64,000 nucleotides of DNA from an uncultured Collinsella sp. (GCA_905199605.1 CAJKHC010000009.1:35936-99935), one strand, 5' to 3'. Counted from the first letter of the stretch, positions 38,737-49,328 are shown. Notes: generated from the sequence alone by a model not told the origin. Translations and numbers: made by a program.

Positions 38737-39321
38737 ATGAAATATGAAGATCTGAAAATCGTGCAAAAGTGGCGTGAATATGCCGGCCCAAAGGATGAAC
38801 GCCTGGAGGCTGAGAACGCGAAGATCTACAAGATTGGCTTCGTGCTGCTTTCGTTTGGCATGTTGATGATCTTTTTCTACCAGTTTATAGCTCGACAGGT
38901 TACGTGGGTTCACAGCGACGCTAGTGAAATGCCGCATGGCTTTGCAACGCCGTTCGAGGCAGCCATGTATTTGTGGCTCGTTCTCGTGATGTTGATTTGC
39001 GCAGGACTGCAAACGCGGAAGGGCTATGTCGATACCAATCGTTTTGGGCAAACCGAGCATCTTCCTGTTGGATATTTCCTGCTTGTCAGCGGTCTTAGCG
39101 GCGCCGCGTTCGCGCTTGTTATTGCCGCAATGCGCTGTATCGCTGAGGCGCAGATCGTACCGCTCGAAAGCGTCTTTTGGTTGGCGAACCTGGTCACGGG
39201 CGTGTTCTGCGGTGCGACGATTTTCGCGGCCACGTTTGCTGTCCTGTGCGCAACGTTTTTCACGGCGAAAAGACGCCGTGCCAAGCTCGAGGCAGAACTC
39301 GACTCCTCAGACGACATTTAA
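38737..39321 (+). CDS. Membrane protein (DUF6773-like)
   Basis: N-terminal DER motif and four TM segments, downstream of the XRE gene. Confidence 0.7.
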   Translation: MKYEDLKIVQKWREYAGPKDERLEAENAKIYKIGFVLLSFGMLMIFFYQFIARQVTWVHSDASEMPHGFATPFEAAMYLWLVLVMLICAGLQTRKGYVDTNRFGQTEHLPVGYFLLVSGLSGAAFALVIAAMRCIAEAQIVPLESVFWLANLVTGVFCGATIFAATFAVLCATFFTAKRRRAKLEAELDSSDDI

Positions 39322-39326
39322 TGCGC

Positions 39327-39364
39327 AATGGGCTGGCTCTGGGTATTCAGAACCAGCCCATTTT
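39327..39364. terminator. Intrinsic terminator
   Basis: AATGGGCTGG...CCAGCCCATTTT. Confidence 0.75.
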
Positions 39365-39411
39365 GATGTTCGATGAGCCGAGTCGGCGTCTCTCACAAAG
39401 GTAACTAGGAG

Positions 39412-42400
39412 CTAGCGAGGCCTATCCGAATTGACCTCATTGGCGGTGTCTTTTTCGAGCGCCGTGCGGCGGGCGCTGTAGGCGACAAGGCCGGCACCAG
39501 CTGCGGCGAGTGCTGTTGCGGCTGCTGTCAGGGGAGTGTTGACATCGCCCGTGCCCGCAAGCGCGCCCGCTTTTCCGGAGCGCTTGTTATTGCCGTGATC
39601 CTTGCCGCCGCCAGAGCCACTGCCGCCACCGGAGCTGCTTCCGCCGGAGCCACCTCCACTCGAGCCGCCATCGCCATCAATCGTCATCGGTGCATCGTGA
39701 AGCCCCGTCGTATCCGCGCTGTCGCATACGCCGACCTGAACTTCTGAGCGCTCGCATGCCGCGTCGGGCACATGAAGCTCGTGCAGTACGGCACCCAGCA
39801 CCGAGTTTGCGCCCGGTCGAATTTCCTCGAGCGTTACGGGATCGAGCGCCACCAGATTACGCGCCTTCGCATATAGCGTTACGCGTTTGCCCACCTCGTC
39901 GCTCCAGCTCTCGGGGATGGCGAAGCTCATGCGGAACTGTGCCGTGCAACCCGGTGCCAGCACGGCGTTGCCGTTGTCGGCTACCAGCGGGTGCGTTGCA
40001 AAACATGCGCCCAGCGTCTCGAGCGCGTACTTCACGTGTGCCATGTCGTTGGCCGAAGCGTCTTCGGCAAGCTCTGGATCGTGGATCGAAGCCATGCGTG
40101 CGTTCGCTCCGAATCCGATGGATGCGCTGGAGAACGGCTGGCTGGAGCCCTCTCGGTACAGATCGATCGTGCCGGCGGTCAGCAAAGTGTTGCCGTCGTT
40201 TCGCACCGTGACCATGAAGGACTCGCCTGCTGCTCCGGGCACCACCGCGCCCGAGGTAGCGACCGCGCCCGTCGGAGTGGCACACGCCACCAAGGGCACT
40301 TCGATGCCGTGCAGCTCCGCCTTGCTCTGCTCCGCGCTCACAATGTGCGTGGCGAGCGCGGAGAGCATGCCTCCCGACGTCAAAAATGTCGTTATCTGAT
40401 CGACGGGATGGTCCAGTTCGCACATCACGAACGGCTCCGTGAACAGATCGCCTGCCAAGGTGCTGGCGAAGATGCGGAAGTGCTTGCCCATCACTGCTAC
40501 CGGGTTGCCTTCTTCGTCGTAGGTTTGTCCCACCTTGCCATCGGTGTTCTCTACATAGAGCACGCACCTGCCGTTGTTGCTCACGCTAAACGATGCCGGG
40601 CCACAGCCTGCGGCACCCACGGGCTGCGTTGCAAATGCCGATGCGCCTCGCGTCCAAGTAATGTGCTGCAGTTGCTCGTTGACGGTTGCCAAAAAGCCCG
40701 AGTGTTGTGGCCACGGCACCGCACGGGGCACCGTGGCGTCTGGTGACATAACGCCCCAGCCCGCAATGGACTGGCCGATCACGGCGTACGATGCGCAGCC
40801 GCAACCGTCTGCGGTCTCGTACGCAACGGGCACCACCATTTTGCCGTTGATAGTTTCGGGCTCGCCCAGCTCGATACTCGACGGTGCTTGCGGAAAGCGG
40901 AGAACTTGGCGGAACGTCAGGCTGTCGCCCGAAACGTCCGACCACAGGGTAAAGCACTCCAGCGCAACCTCAGCCTCGCTGCCGAGCACCTTTTCTGCGG
41001 TGGTTCCGCGGCGGTGGAGGTAGGCACCCGACAGGCGCCCGTCGACCAGCGTCTTGCCCACCGTGATACGCGGGCACTGCAGGCAATGGTAGCCATCCTC
41101 TTGCAGGCGGCCGCGCGAGATGCTGCGCCATGACGTATGCGACACCACGCGGATCTCGTCATTACTTATGCGCAGGCGCACAACGGACAGTATGCCGGCT
41201 GTGCTTGCCGTATCGAAAAGGGTGTTGTCGCCGGCGGGGCGCTCGCCGGAGACCAGCAGCACGTAGGCGTCCTGGTCTCCCCTCCCGTCCGTATATTCCA
41301 CCACGTCGAAGTCGTAATCGTATGTGCCGTCGCGCTCCACGTCGCCCTCGCCAAACCCAAGGGGGAAGTCCACGGGCGTGGGAGCGGACCACGTGCCGTT
41401 CGTCTTTGTATGCACCACCAGGCGCGAGCGGCCATTGTCGCCGTAGCGCACCGAGGCGATACGGAACAGGCACTCTACGCCGGCGATCATCGCCAGCTTT
41501 ATGTGGGCTTCGCTGAGCACGCCGGAAAACAGCACGTTGTCGCTCGAGGGTTTTATGCCGCCACGTTCGTCCTCCGATACACCAGCAGAATTGGCGTTGG
41601 GGTCCGCAACGGCGTTCCTCGCTTGGCCGATATAGGCGTACCCATACATCGGCGCGGCATTTTCGTCGTTCTCTATCAGCGTATGGACGAAATGCTCGAT
41701 CTGTCCCGTGTCGTCGCTTTCTGCATCCGCCTCGAGCTCAATACGCGTGACCGCTTGATCCCAATCGCGCACGACAGGCGCGACGTTTATCGCGGTGGCT
41801 GCAACCTCGGCGCGTGCGAGCAGCTCGGCGTTAGTGACGATGGTGGCCGATGCGATAAATTGCGGCACACCACCTGCCTCGGCGTTGCCGGCTGAGTCGA
41901 AGCGGGCATCCAGCGTGTAGGGCGTATCTCCACTCAAGGCCAGCTCAGAGCGCTGGAGCACATACTGATCGCCATTGTTCACTGACATATCCCACGAATC
42001 GGCGAGTGTGGGCCACGATCCCGACCAAGCCTTGGTGGTCCACTTGAACATGACGAACTGGAGTATCACATCGACATCGACGTCTGCACCTACGCGCAGT
42101 CGCGGAAGCTGGTGTCCATCCGCCTTCTCGTACCCAATGAACAACGTGAGGGATGCGGCGCCGCGCACGGCAGACGAGGCGACGCCTGCAACGCCGGCTC
42201 CAAAGGTGACGGCAAGCCCGATCTGGATGGTGAAAGAGCCCGACGTGTTGGAATAGTCGAGCGAAATGTTCTTGAAAAACGCCGCGCCGCTGCCGTGCGT
42301 ATGGGCACCCACGGCGAGCGCCAGCTTCGCCAGCACCCAGGGGTTGACGTTTAGGAAAAAGGGTACTGGTCCCAAGGTGAACTGTTCGGTCCAGTTGAGG

Positions 42401-43779
42401 TCGGTTCTTACCTGGAAGAGAGCCTTAATATTGCCGTATGCGGGGTCGTTGTTGTCACCCCAGGTTTTGCCCACCCAATCGTAGGCGAGCGAGCCGTACA
42501 GCTGTGTGGCGATATCCATCGTGAACAGCGGCGTGCAATGGTGGCGAAGGAGCTTGGTGTTTCTTGGATCGGTGCCCGAACCGGCACTCATACTTTTGTA
42601 CTGATTCCACTTCCCCTCCATTTCGTCGAGGTAGCGGTTTGCCTGCTTGGCGCCCGACTCGCGCGGTGACTTCTTCCAGTACTCCGGATCCGGATTGCCC
42701 GAATCGTTCATATAGCTGGCTGGTTTGTATCCTCCGCCAAACAGCACGTATCCGGCAAACGAGAAATCGAAGAGGATCGGAAATGTGGGCATCCAGCACG
42801 TGAACTTATTACCACCGATGCCGGGAAACGATGCGGGGAAATCAAACGGAGTGATCTCTTGGTCCATAGTGGTGGGGACGATAGTGGTCGATCCGGATTC
42901 CGCCTTTGCCGCCGGCGCGGTAACAACGGCCATGGGGGAGGAGAGCGTGTAGGTTTTGCCCTGGTAGTCGAGGACAAAGCGCAGCTTGCATCCTTCTTCC
43001 AGAAGGCTCGACGTTGCATCGAGGAACTTGTCTTCGAGTGTGAACGTCGCCAGACTATCTGCGCCCGATGCGCTGGCCTTGATCTGACCAATCTGCGTGA
43101 CGGTTTCGGTTGAGCTGCCCGCAGCGGGCATCACTTTATTGATATGCAATGTTGCCTGCCCGCCCTGCGGCAGATGAGCCTGCACGGTAAAAGCGTGCGT
43201 GTCGGGCTGGTCGTTTGCTGCTTCGTCCGCTGGCAATGCCATAAACGTGGCTTCAGCGTACTGGATGTCCCATTCGTCGAATGTGAGCTGGCGGAAGTAC
43301 GGCTCGCCGTCGGAAAGCGGACGCGTGGGCGCGGTTATGGCGGTGCCGCCCTGAATGCGCGCAAGGGGAATCTCGACATCACGGTAGCCCGCCATACTAA
43401 TGGAGATGCCGCCGTTAAAGTCGTACGCGTCAAGGAGCGTTGCCTCGTCCACGTAGCCTTCCGAAAGCGGCGCGACCTCAAAGATGGCCGTGCCTTCGTC
43501 ATCGGTCGTGGCGGTGAGCTGCTTGCCTGCGGCGTAGCGCGACGTGAGCGTGACCTTGGCGCCTGCGATAGGCGTATTCTTGTTGGCGACGTCGACCACC
43601 ACCACGCCGAACATGGTGCGCGAGAGCACCAGGACCTTGAAGGGGTTTTCTTCGTCGGCATAGGCCGCGGTGGGCGCGAACGGCAGCAGGAAGGCATTTT
43701 CGCATCCCGGCACGCGAGGCAACATAATGCTCGCCAGCGAGGACGCTCCAGCAACAAGTAACGAACGGCGATCAAGCAT
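39412..43779 (-). CDS. Large cell-surface protein with Tat-like signal and sortase-like C-terminus
   Basis: MLDRRSLL...AYA signal; Gly/Ser linker; LAGTGD, hydrophobic helix, then YSARR. Confidence 0.8.
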   Translation of the reverse strand: MLDRRSLLVAGASSLASIMLPRVPGCENAFLLPFAPTAAYADEENPFKVLVLSRTMFGVVVVDVANKNTPIAGAKVTLTSRYAAGKQLTATTDDEGTAIFEVAPLSEGYVDEATLLDAYDFNGGISISMAGYRDVEIPLARIQGGTAITAPTRPLSDGEPYFRQLTFDEWDIQYAEATFMALPADEAANDQPDTHAFTVQAHLPQGGQATLHINKVMPAAGSSTETVTQIGQIKASASGADSLATFTLEDKFLDATSSLLEEGCKLRFVLDYQGKTYTLSSPMAVVTAPAAKAESGSTTIVPTTMDQEITPFDFPASFPGIGGNKFTCWMPTFPILFDFSFAGYVLFGGGYKPASYMNDSGNPDPEYWKKSPRESGAKQANRYLDEMEGKWNQYKSMSAGSGTDPRNTKLLRHHCTPLFTMDIATQLYGSLAYDWVGKTWGDNNDPAYGNIKALFQVRTDLNWTEQFTLGPVPFFLNVNPWVLAKLALAVGAHTHGSGAAFFKNISLDYSNTSGSFTIQIGLAVTFGAGVAGVASSAVRGAASLTLFIGYEKADGHQLPRLRVGADVDVDVILQFVMFKWTTKAWSGSWPTLADSWDMSVNNGDQYVLQRSELALSGDTPYTLDARFDSAGNAEAGGVPQFIASATIVTNAELLARAEVAATAINVAPVVRDWDQAVTRIELEADAESDDTGQIEHFVHTLIENDENAAPMYGYAYIGQARNAVADPNANSAGVSEDERGGIKPSSDNVLFSGVLSEAHIKLAMIAGVECLFRIASVRYGDNGRSRLVVHTKTNGTWSAPTPVDFPLGFGEGDVERDGTYDYDFDVVEYTDGRGDQDAYVLLVSGERPAGDNTLFDTASTAGILSVVRLRISNDEIRVVSHTSWRSISRGRLQEDGYHCLQCPRITVGKTLVDGRLSGAYLHRRGTTAEKVLGSEAEVALECFTLWSDVSGDSLTFRQVLRFPQAPSSIELGEPETINGKMVVPVAYETADGCGCASYAVIGQSIAGWGVMSPDATVPRAVPWPQHSGFLATVNEQLQHITWTRGASAFATQPVGAAGCGPASFSVSNNGRCVLYVENTDGKVGQTYDEEGNPVAVMGKHFRIFASTLAGDLFTEPFVMCELDHPVDQITTFLTSGGMLSALATHIVSAEQSKAELHGIEVPLVACATPTGAVATSGAVVPGAAGESFMVTVRNDGNTLLTAGTIDLYREGSSQPFSSASIGFGANARMASIHDPELAEDASANDMAHVKYALETLGACFATHPLVADNGNAVLAPGCTAQFRMSFAIPESWSDEVGKRVTLYAKARNLVALDPVTLEEIRPGANSVLGAVLHELHVPDAACERSEVQVGVCDSADTTGLHDAPMTIDGDGGSSGGGSGGSSSGGGSGSGGGKDHGNNKRSGKAGALAGTGDVNTPLTAAATALAAAGAGLVAYSARRTALEKDTANEVNSDRPR

Positions 43780-43934
43780 CTTGGGCTCCCATCCCGCAAA
43801 TATCGGTGGAAATAATCCAATTTTGCGAGAAGACGCTTCGTGGCGGTAGTGCCGTTCAAGGGTCAAAATGTCCAAATTGATCGAGCGAAGCGCCGGGTTC
43901 CGGAACGCGTTCGATGCGCTTGGCAGCCCGGTCG

Positions 43935-44939
43935 CTAACGCAACATGTGCGCGACCAGCTCGGCGCGTGTGCCGATGCCAAGCTTTGCGTATACGCCGGA
44001 TAGGCGGTTTTTGACGGTGCCCGGCGATACTCCCATATGGCGTGCGATTTCAGCGTTGGTCCATCCGCGGCAGGCGAGCATGGCCATGGTGAACTCTGTG
44101 GTCGTTAAATCGTCAGCAACGTCCTCGCCCGAATCGGGGTTGTGGATGCGCCGCCAGCCGTAGCTGAAGCGGTACGTGATCTCGATGATGCGTGCGAAGT
44201 CGTCAGGGTATTGCGTTTTTAGGCATGCCTCGATGAGCCCCTGCAAAAGGCCGTGGTGCTCGCCAATGAGCTCGATAAGGCCGTCGGGGCGCGCAATGTC
44301 CCAAGCGGCTCCAAAATGCGCTTTTGCGGCGTCGATGTCCTTGAGGCTCATGCATGCCATGGAAGCTGCCAGGTGCAGGAACAGTTCCGAGATGGGATAG
44401 CTTCCCTGTTTCATAATTAGGGCGTTTTCCGCCATGCCCAGGCTGCGGCCGTATTCGCCGCGCAGATACAAGGCGTGCGCCATCACGTAGCTGGCGAACA
44501 GTCGCAGGCCTTCGGGTAGGTGCGCCGCAAGTGGATAAAACTCTTCGGCAGAATACGGGGAAGGCAAGTGCAGCAGGACGCTCGCGGCCGAGGCGAACAG
44601 GATATGCGTGGCGTGGACGGCGGGCGATTCCTCGTCGGCCGGCGTATCGAGGATGCCCGCAAGGCACCGGCGGGCGTCGGCGATACGGTTGAGCGACAGA
44701 CTGGCGTATCCGCAGATAAAGCATGCGGAATAGCGCAGCGCGGGATCGGTGACGTCAAGATAGGGGTGCGCCGTCTTGGCAGCGAGGGTGGCCTGTCCGC
44801 GAAAGTACAGCGCTTCTGCCGTGGCAATGGCGCGTGAATCGGGGTCGGAAATGCCTGCAACCGCAGCGTCAATCTGCCCCGGCACAAAGGCGGTGCACAT
44901 CAACGGCATGGGAACGCATGGGTAGCCATCGCAGTCCAT
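43935..44939 (-). CDS. LuxR-family transcriptional regulator
   Basis: C-terminal LTTTEF...GWTNAEIA..MGVSPGTVKNRLSGVYAKLGI HTH. Confidence 0.88.
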   Translation of the reverse strand: MDCDGYPCVPMPLMCTAFVPGQIDAAVAGISDPDSRAIATAEALYFRGQATLAAKTAHPYLDVTDPALRYSACFICGYASLSLNRIADARRCLAGILDTPADEESPAVHATHILFASAASVLLHLPSPYSAEEFYPLAAHLPEGLRLFASYVMAHALYLRGEYGRSLGMAENALIMKQGSYPISELFLHLAASMACMSLKDIDAAKAHFGAAWDIARPDGLIELIGEHHGLLQGLIEACLKTQYPDDFARIIEITYRFSYGWRRIHNPDSGEDVADDLTTTEFTMAMLACRGWTNAEIARHMGVSPGTVKNRLSGVYAKLGIGTRAELVAHMLR

Positions 44940-45236
44940 CTTCCATCTCCCAACAGCTGGCAACACTAGCAGCAATTGTACTCTTGTTGCTCGGGACTGG
45001 AATTTGTGGGTATCGCCTACGATTGTGCCGAACGTATAAAGGAAGAGTCTATTGGCGATGCTCCCAAGGTGGCTACCGAAGTCTAGCTGACCTTGGGATA
45101 TAGAAAAACTGCCGCCCCTGCAAAAAGCTCTGTCGCAGCGATGGGAAACGTATCTCGTTCTGCATATAATGAGGTCATATGACGGTGCGTCTGCATACGC
45201 GCGGCGCATTTCCATCGAACCGAGAAGGAGCTCTGC

Positions 45237-46217
45237 ATGGATTCCAACAAGCGTCCCGACGACATGGTACGTATCACCACTCCCGAACTTGCCCAGGCGT
45301 TCATCGAAGAGCAGGTCGCTGCAATCCGCGAGCAGATCGGCGACAAAAAGGTCCTGCTGGCTCTTTCCGGTGGTGTCGACAGTTCGGTTGTCGCGGCCCT
45401 GCTCATCAAGGCCATCGGCAAGCAGCTCATTTGCGTGCATGTTAACCACGGCCTGATGCGCAAGGGCGAGAGCGAGCAGGTCGTCGACGTCTTCAAGAAT
45501 CAGATGGATGCCAACCTGGTTTACGTTGACGCCACAGATCGCTTCCTGGACAAGCTCGTGGACGTCGAGGAGCCCGAGGCCAAGCGTAAGATTATCGGCG
45601 CCGAGTTTATTCGCGTGTTCGAGGAGGAGGCCCACAAGGTTGGCGATGAGGCCAGCTTCCTCGCCCAGGGCACCATCTATCCCGACATCCTGGAGTCCCA
45701 AGACGGCGTGAAGGCTCACCACAACGTGGGCGGTCTGCCCGAGGATCTGCAGTTTGAGCTCTGCGAGCCCGTCAAACTGCTGTACAAGGACGAGGTCCGC
45801 GTCGTGGGTCGCGAGCTCGGCCTGCCCGAGAACATGGTTGAGCGCCAACCGTTCCCCGGTCCCGGCCTGGGCGTCCGCTGCCTTGGTGCCATCACCCGCG
45901 ACCGTCTTGAGGCGCTGCGCGAAGCCGACGCCATCGTGCGCGAGGAGATCGACAAGGCAGGTCTGACCATCTGGCAGTATTTTGCCGTCGTGCCCGACTT
46001 CCGCGCCACCGGCGTGCGCGAGGGTAAACGCGCCTACGATTGGCCCTGCATCATCCGCTGCATCAACACCGTCGATGTCATGACCGCCGAGGTGCCCGAG
46101 CTCGACTGGGCGCTGCTCAAGCGCATCACCGCTCGCGTCACCGCCGAGGTTCCCGGTATCTGCCGCGTGTGCTACGACCTCACGCCGAAGCCCGTTGGCA
46201 CGGTCGAGTGGGAGTAA
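45237..46217 (+). CDS. GMP synthase ATP-pyrophosphatase/C-terminal module only (no GATase domain)
   Basis: LSGGVDSSV, NHGLMRK, QGTIYPD, HHNVGGLP, PFPGPGL, KPVGTVEWE; AAGGAG RBS at the short start. Confidence 0.9.
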   Translation: MDSNKRPDDMVRITTPELAQAFIEEQVAAIREQIGDKKVLLALSGGVDSSVVAALLIKAIGKQLICVHVNHGLMRKGESEQVVDVFKNQMDANLVYVDATDRFLDKLVDVEEPEAKRKIIGAEFIRVFEEEAHKVGDEASFLAQGTIYPDILESQDGVKAHHNVGGLPEDLQFELCEPVKLLYKDEVRVVGRELGLPENMVERQPFPGPGLGVRCLGAITRDRLEALREADAIVREEIDKAGLTIWQYFAVVPDFRATGVREGKRAYDWPCIIRCINTVDVMTAEVPELDWALLKRITARVTAEVPGICRVCYDLTPKPVGTVEWE

Positions 46218-46250
46218 GCTAACTCAGCTGGTAGGCGACGAGAACTAGCA

Positions 46251-46333
46251 GATGTGACAAAGGGACAGTCCCTTTGTCACATCCTCGATATTATGTGCGG
46301 GATGGTACGCCACGCGGCGTGCCATCCCGTTCG
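46251..46333. repeat. REP-like palindrome + second hairpin (compound repeat A)
   Basis: GATGTGACAAAGGGAC-A-GTCCCTTTGTCACATC then GCGGGATGG...CCATCCCGT. Confidence 0.85.
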
Positions 46334-47482
46334 TTATTTTAATGAGCCGAGTGCGCGAGTGGGAAGAATTACGAGCATGGTCGTTCCGCGCTCCGAGCTC
46401 TCTTCGACCTCGATGGAGCCGCCGTGGAGCGCGGCAATCTCCCAGACCAGCGCAAGTCCCAGCCCCACGCCGCCGTATGCCCTGCTGCGCGATTTGTCGA
46501 CGCGAAAGAAGGGCTGAAAGATGCTCGTCTGGTATTGCTCGGGAATGCCCGGCCCCTGGTCGCGCACGCGTAGCAGCACGCGGTCGCCTTCGGCGCAGGC
46601 GTTGATTTGCACGGTCGAGTTGGGCGCGCTGTAACGTATGGCGTTTTCGGCCAAGTTGAACAGCAGCCGATAGATTAGCGTATCGCTGCCGATCGTTTGC
46701 GCGTCGCCCTCACTTGTAAGCGTGATGTCTTTTTGCTCGGCAAGGGGCGCCAGGTCCGTGAGTACTTCTTCGATCATCGGCGCCAGGTCAATCGCATCGT
46801 TGCAAGGGACACTGCGCAGCTCGCTCATCTCGAGCAGGGTCTTTGTTATGTGCGTCATCCGCTCGGTCTGCTCCTGCAGCAGCCCGAGCAGGCTCGCTGT
46901 ATCGGCGTCGGCGTCGGGGTGCTCGGCGCAAAAAAGCTCAACCTGGGCCTGCATGAGCGCAAGTGGCGTGCGCAGCTCGTGCGCCGCATTGCCCGTAAAC
47001 TGTCTTTGTGCGGAAAATCCCTCGTCAAGGCGGGCAATCATGTCGTTAAACGACGCGCTGCAGCGCCTGAGTTCAGAGGGCACGTCCTCGCTGATTTTTG
47101 TGTCGGCGAGGTTGTCGGGCCGCACGCTCTTGACTTGCGTCGCAAAGAAACGCAACGGCCGCAGCGCATGTCCGCTTACAAAGTAGGCCAGCACGCCGCC
47201 GAGCAGCGTCACCGCCGCAGTTATATACCAGCTCGTCGCGCCAAACGATTCTTGGGCGTCGTTCACGACGATGGTCAGCGCGTCGTCGAGCTCTTTGTTT
47301 GTCGGGTCAAATGAGCTGGGCGAGGCCGCCTCCACCTTGCTGTGCGCCGACGCTTCTGCACCAATCGAGTCCATGTAGCGCATGCCGGAGTAGCCAACCA
47401 GGCAATTCATAAGTACGCAGGTCGAACATATCAGCAGTGCCGTCATCAACGTGATGCGCCACTGCAGCGACAGCCGCTTCAT
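46334..47482 (-). CDS. Sensor histidine kinase
   Basis: Two TMs, HAMP, AHELRTPL, NLAENAIRY, DQGPGI, GLGL. Confidence 0.93.
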   Translation of the reverse strand: MKRLSLQWRITLMTALLICSTCVLMNCLVGYSGMRYMDSIGAEASAHSKVEAASPSSFDPTNKELDDALTIVVNDAQESFGATSWYITAAVTLLGGVLAYFVSGHALRPLRFFATQVKSVRPDNLADTKISEDVPSELRRCSASFNDMIARLDEGFSAQRQFTGNAAHELRTPLALMQAQVELFCAEHPDADADTASLLGLLQEQTERMTHITKTLLEMSELRSVPCNDAIDLAPMIEEVLTDLAPLAEQKDITLTSEGDAQTIGSDTLIYRLLFNLAENAIRYSAPNSTVQINACAEGDRVLLRVRDQGPGIPEQYQTSIFQPFFRVDKSRSRAYGGVGLGLALVWEIAALHGGSIEVEESSERGTTMLVILPTRALGSLK

Positions 47483-48153
47483 TTGCCGCCCTCCATAACG
47501 TAGCCTTCGCCGATTCGGTTGCGGATGGGGTCGTGCCCCAACGCACCGCGCAGCTTTTTTCGCAGCGACGAGATATGCACGCGGGTCGCGTTGCTAAAGC
47601 TGTTGACGCTGCTGTCCCATACATGCTCGATAAGCTCTTCCTGGCTCACCGGCCGCCCCTGGTTAAGCATCAGGTATTCCAAGATGCCGGTCTCCTTGCG
47701 CGTGAGGGATAGGGTCTCGCCGCCCACGGAGGCGAGGCGCGCCTTGGTGTCAAAGCTCAACAATCCACAGGCTAGAACAACGTCGTTTTGCGTAAAGCGC
47801 CTGAGCGTGAGACTGCGTATGCGTGCCGCCAGCTCGTCAAGATGGAACGGCTTGGTGAGGTAGTCGTTGGCGCCCGCATCGAGCCCCGCTACCTTGTCGG
47901 AGACCTCGCCACGTGCCGAGAGCACAAGCACCTTGGTCTCACAATCAGTTGTCCTGAGTTGCCTGAGCACGGTCATGCCGTCGACATGGGGGAGATTGAG
48001 GTCGAGCACGACAAGATCAAAGGTCTCGACATCGAGTAGATCGAGGGCCTGCTGCCCGTCGTAGCAGCAGTCGACGCTATAGGCCAAGTTGCGCAGGCTG
48101 CGTGCGATCGCATCGCACAGCGCCCGCTCGTCCTCGACGACCAAGATGCGCAT
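47479..48153 (-). CDS. OmpR-family response regulator
   Basis: ILVVEDE, LDLNLP, DYLTKPF, winged helix. Confidence 0.94.
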   Translation of the reverse strand: MRILVVEDERALCDAIARSLRNLAYSVDCCYDGQQALDLLDVETFDLVVLDLNLPHVDGMTVLRQLRTTDCETKVLVLSARGEVSDKVAGLDAGANDYLTKPFHLDELAARIRSLTLRRFTQNDVVLACGLLSFDTKARLASVGGETLSLTRKETGILEYLMLNQGRPVSQEELIEHVWDSSVNSFSNATRVHISSLRKKLRGALGHDPIRNRIGEGYVMEGGK

Positions 48154-48242
48154 AACGTTCTCCTTGCATAGTCATTCACGCTTAACACGGATTTTATAGT
48201 CGGTATGGTCCAATGGGTCGCGAAACGAAAGGAGTGGTCAGA

Positions 48243-48389
48243 TTGTTCAAAGCGATTAAGCCTGTGGCGCAGGTGGCTTTGCTGATCGTTGGGGTAGCCA
48301 TGGTTGGCTTTGGAATTATGCGCGGCGAGGCAGATGCCGTGCTGGCCAAGGCAATCAGGCTGTGCTTGGAGTGTATCGGAATTGGGTAA
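48243..48389 (+). CDS. CD1871A-family small CXXC membrane protein (48 aa, not in ORF track)
   Basis: AAAGGAG RBS, TTG start; MFKAIKPVAQVALLIVGVAMVGFGIMRGEADAVLAKAIRLCLECIGIG. Confidence 0.85.
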   Translation: MFKAIKPVAQVALLIVGVAMVGFGIMRGEADAVLAKAIRLCLECIGIG

Positions 48390-49293
48390 AAGAAAAAACA
48401 CTGCATCGCATCTTTTAGCGCGATTTCGTGGATTGATTCAGGCGGCGGCGACGCTTGCGACCAATATTCACCTGCCTAACTTTGCCAAGGGCGGCATCTA
48501 CCAGGGAGCGGGCAAAGCCGTCTGCGTGCCGGGTCTCAACTGCTACTCGTGTCCGGCGGCCTCGGGTGCGTGCCCCATCGGGTCGTTTCAGTCGGTGGTG
48601 GGCTCGTCTAAGTTTAGCTTTTCGTATTACGTCACCGGAACGCTCATTCTGATCGGCGTGCTGCTGGGACGTTTTGTATGCGGCTTTTTGTGCCCGTTTG
48701 GATGGCTGCAAGAGCTTCTGCATAAGATTCCCAGCAAAAAGCTCTCCACGAAAAAGCTCAAGCCGCTCACGTACATCAAGTATGCCGTGCTACTGTTTGC
48801 CGTGGTGCTGCTGCCCGTCTTGGTGGTTAACGATGTGGGTATGGGCGACCCGTTCTTTTGCAAGTACATCTGCCCGCAGGGTGTGCTCGAGGGCGCGATT
48901 CCGCTGTCCATCATGAATACGGGAATCCGCTCCGCGCTGGGAAAGCTCTTTTCCTGGAAGCTCGCGATCCTCATTGTGGTTGCGGTGCTGAGCGTGCTGT
49001 TCTACCGCCCCTTCTGCAAATGGATTTGCCCCCTCGGTGCGTTTTATGCGCTCATGAACAAGGTGTCTTTGCTGGGGATCCAGGTTGACCAGTGCAAATG
49101 CGTCTCGTGCGGCAAGTGCGCCAAGGTGTGTCAAATGGACGTGGACGTTACGCGTACGCCCAACCATGCCGAGTGCATTCGTTGCGGCAAATGCGTGGGC
49201 GCGTGCCCCGTCGATGCTATTAGCTTTCGCTATGGGCTGGGTGTGACGGGCGACAAACCCGCGCAGTCCACGCAAGCCTGCGAAAACAAATAG
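48382..49293 (+). CDS. Membrane 4Fe-4S binding protein (NapH/MauN-like)
   Basis: CVPGLNCYSCP, CGFLCPFG, FCKYICP, two ferredoxin motifs. Confidence 0.88.
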   Translation: MGKRKNTASHLLARFRGLIQAAATLATNIHLPNFAKGGIYQGAGKAVCVPGLNCYSCPAASGACPIGSFQSVVGSSKFSFSYYVTGTLILIGVLLGRFVCGFLCPFGWLQELLHKIPSKKLSTKKLKPLTYIKYAVLLFAVVLLPVLVVNDVGMGDPFFCKYICPQGVLEGAIPLSIMNTGIRSALGKLFSWKLAILIVVAVLSVLFYRPFCKWICPLGAFYALMNKVSLLGIQVDQCKCVSCGKCAKVCQMDVDVTRTPNHAECIRCGKCVGACPVDAISFRYGLGVTGDKPAQSTQACENK

Positions 49294-49328
49294 GTACCTA
49301 TATAAGTTTCGATATAAACGGAGGAACC

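Noticed and set aside
43900..43915. LexA box upstream of the surface protein
   Set aside because: GAAC-GC-GTTC has a 2-nt rather than 4-nt spacer
44940..45848. 637-aa version of the LuxR ORF
   Set aside because: The extension is antisense to the second guaA; RBS and plausible start are at 44939
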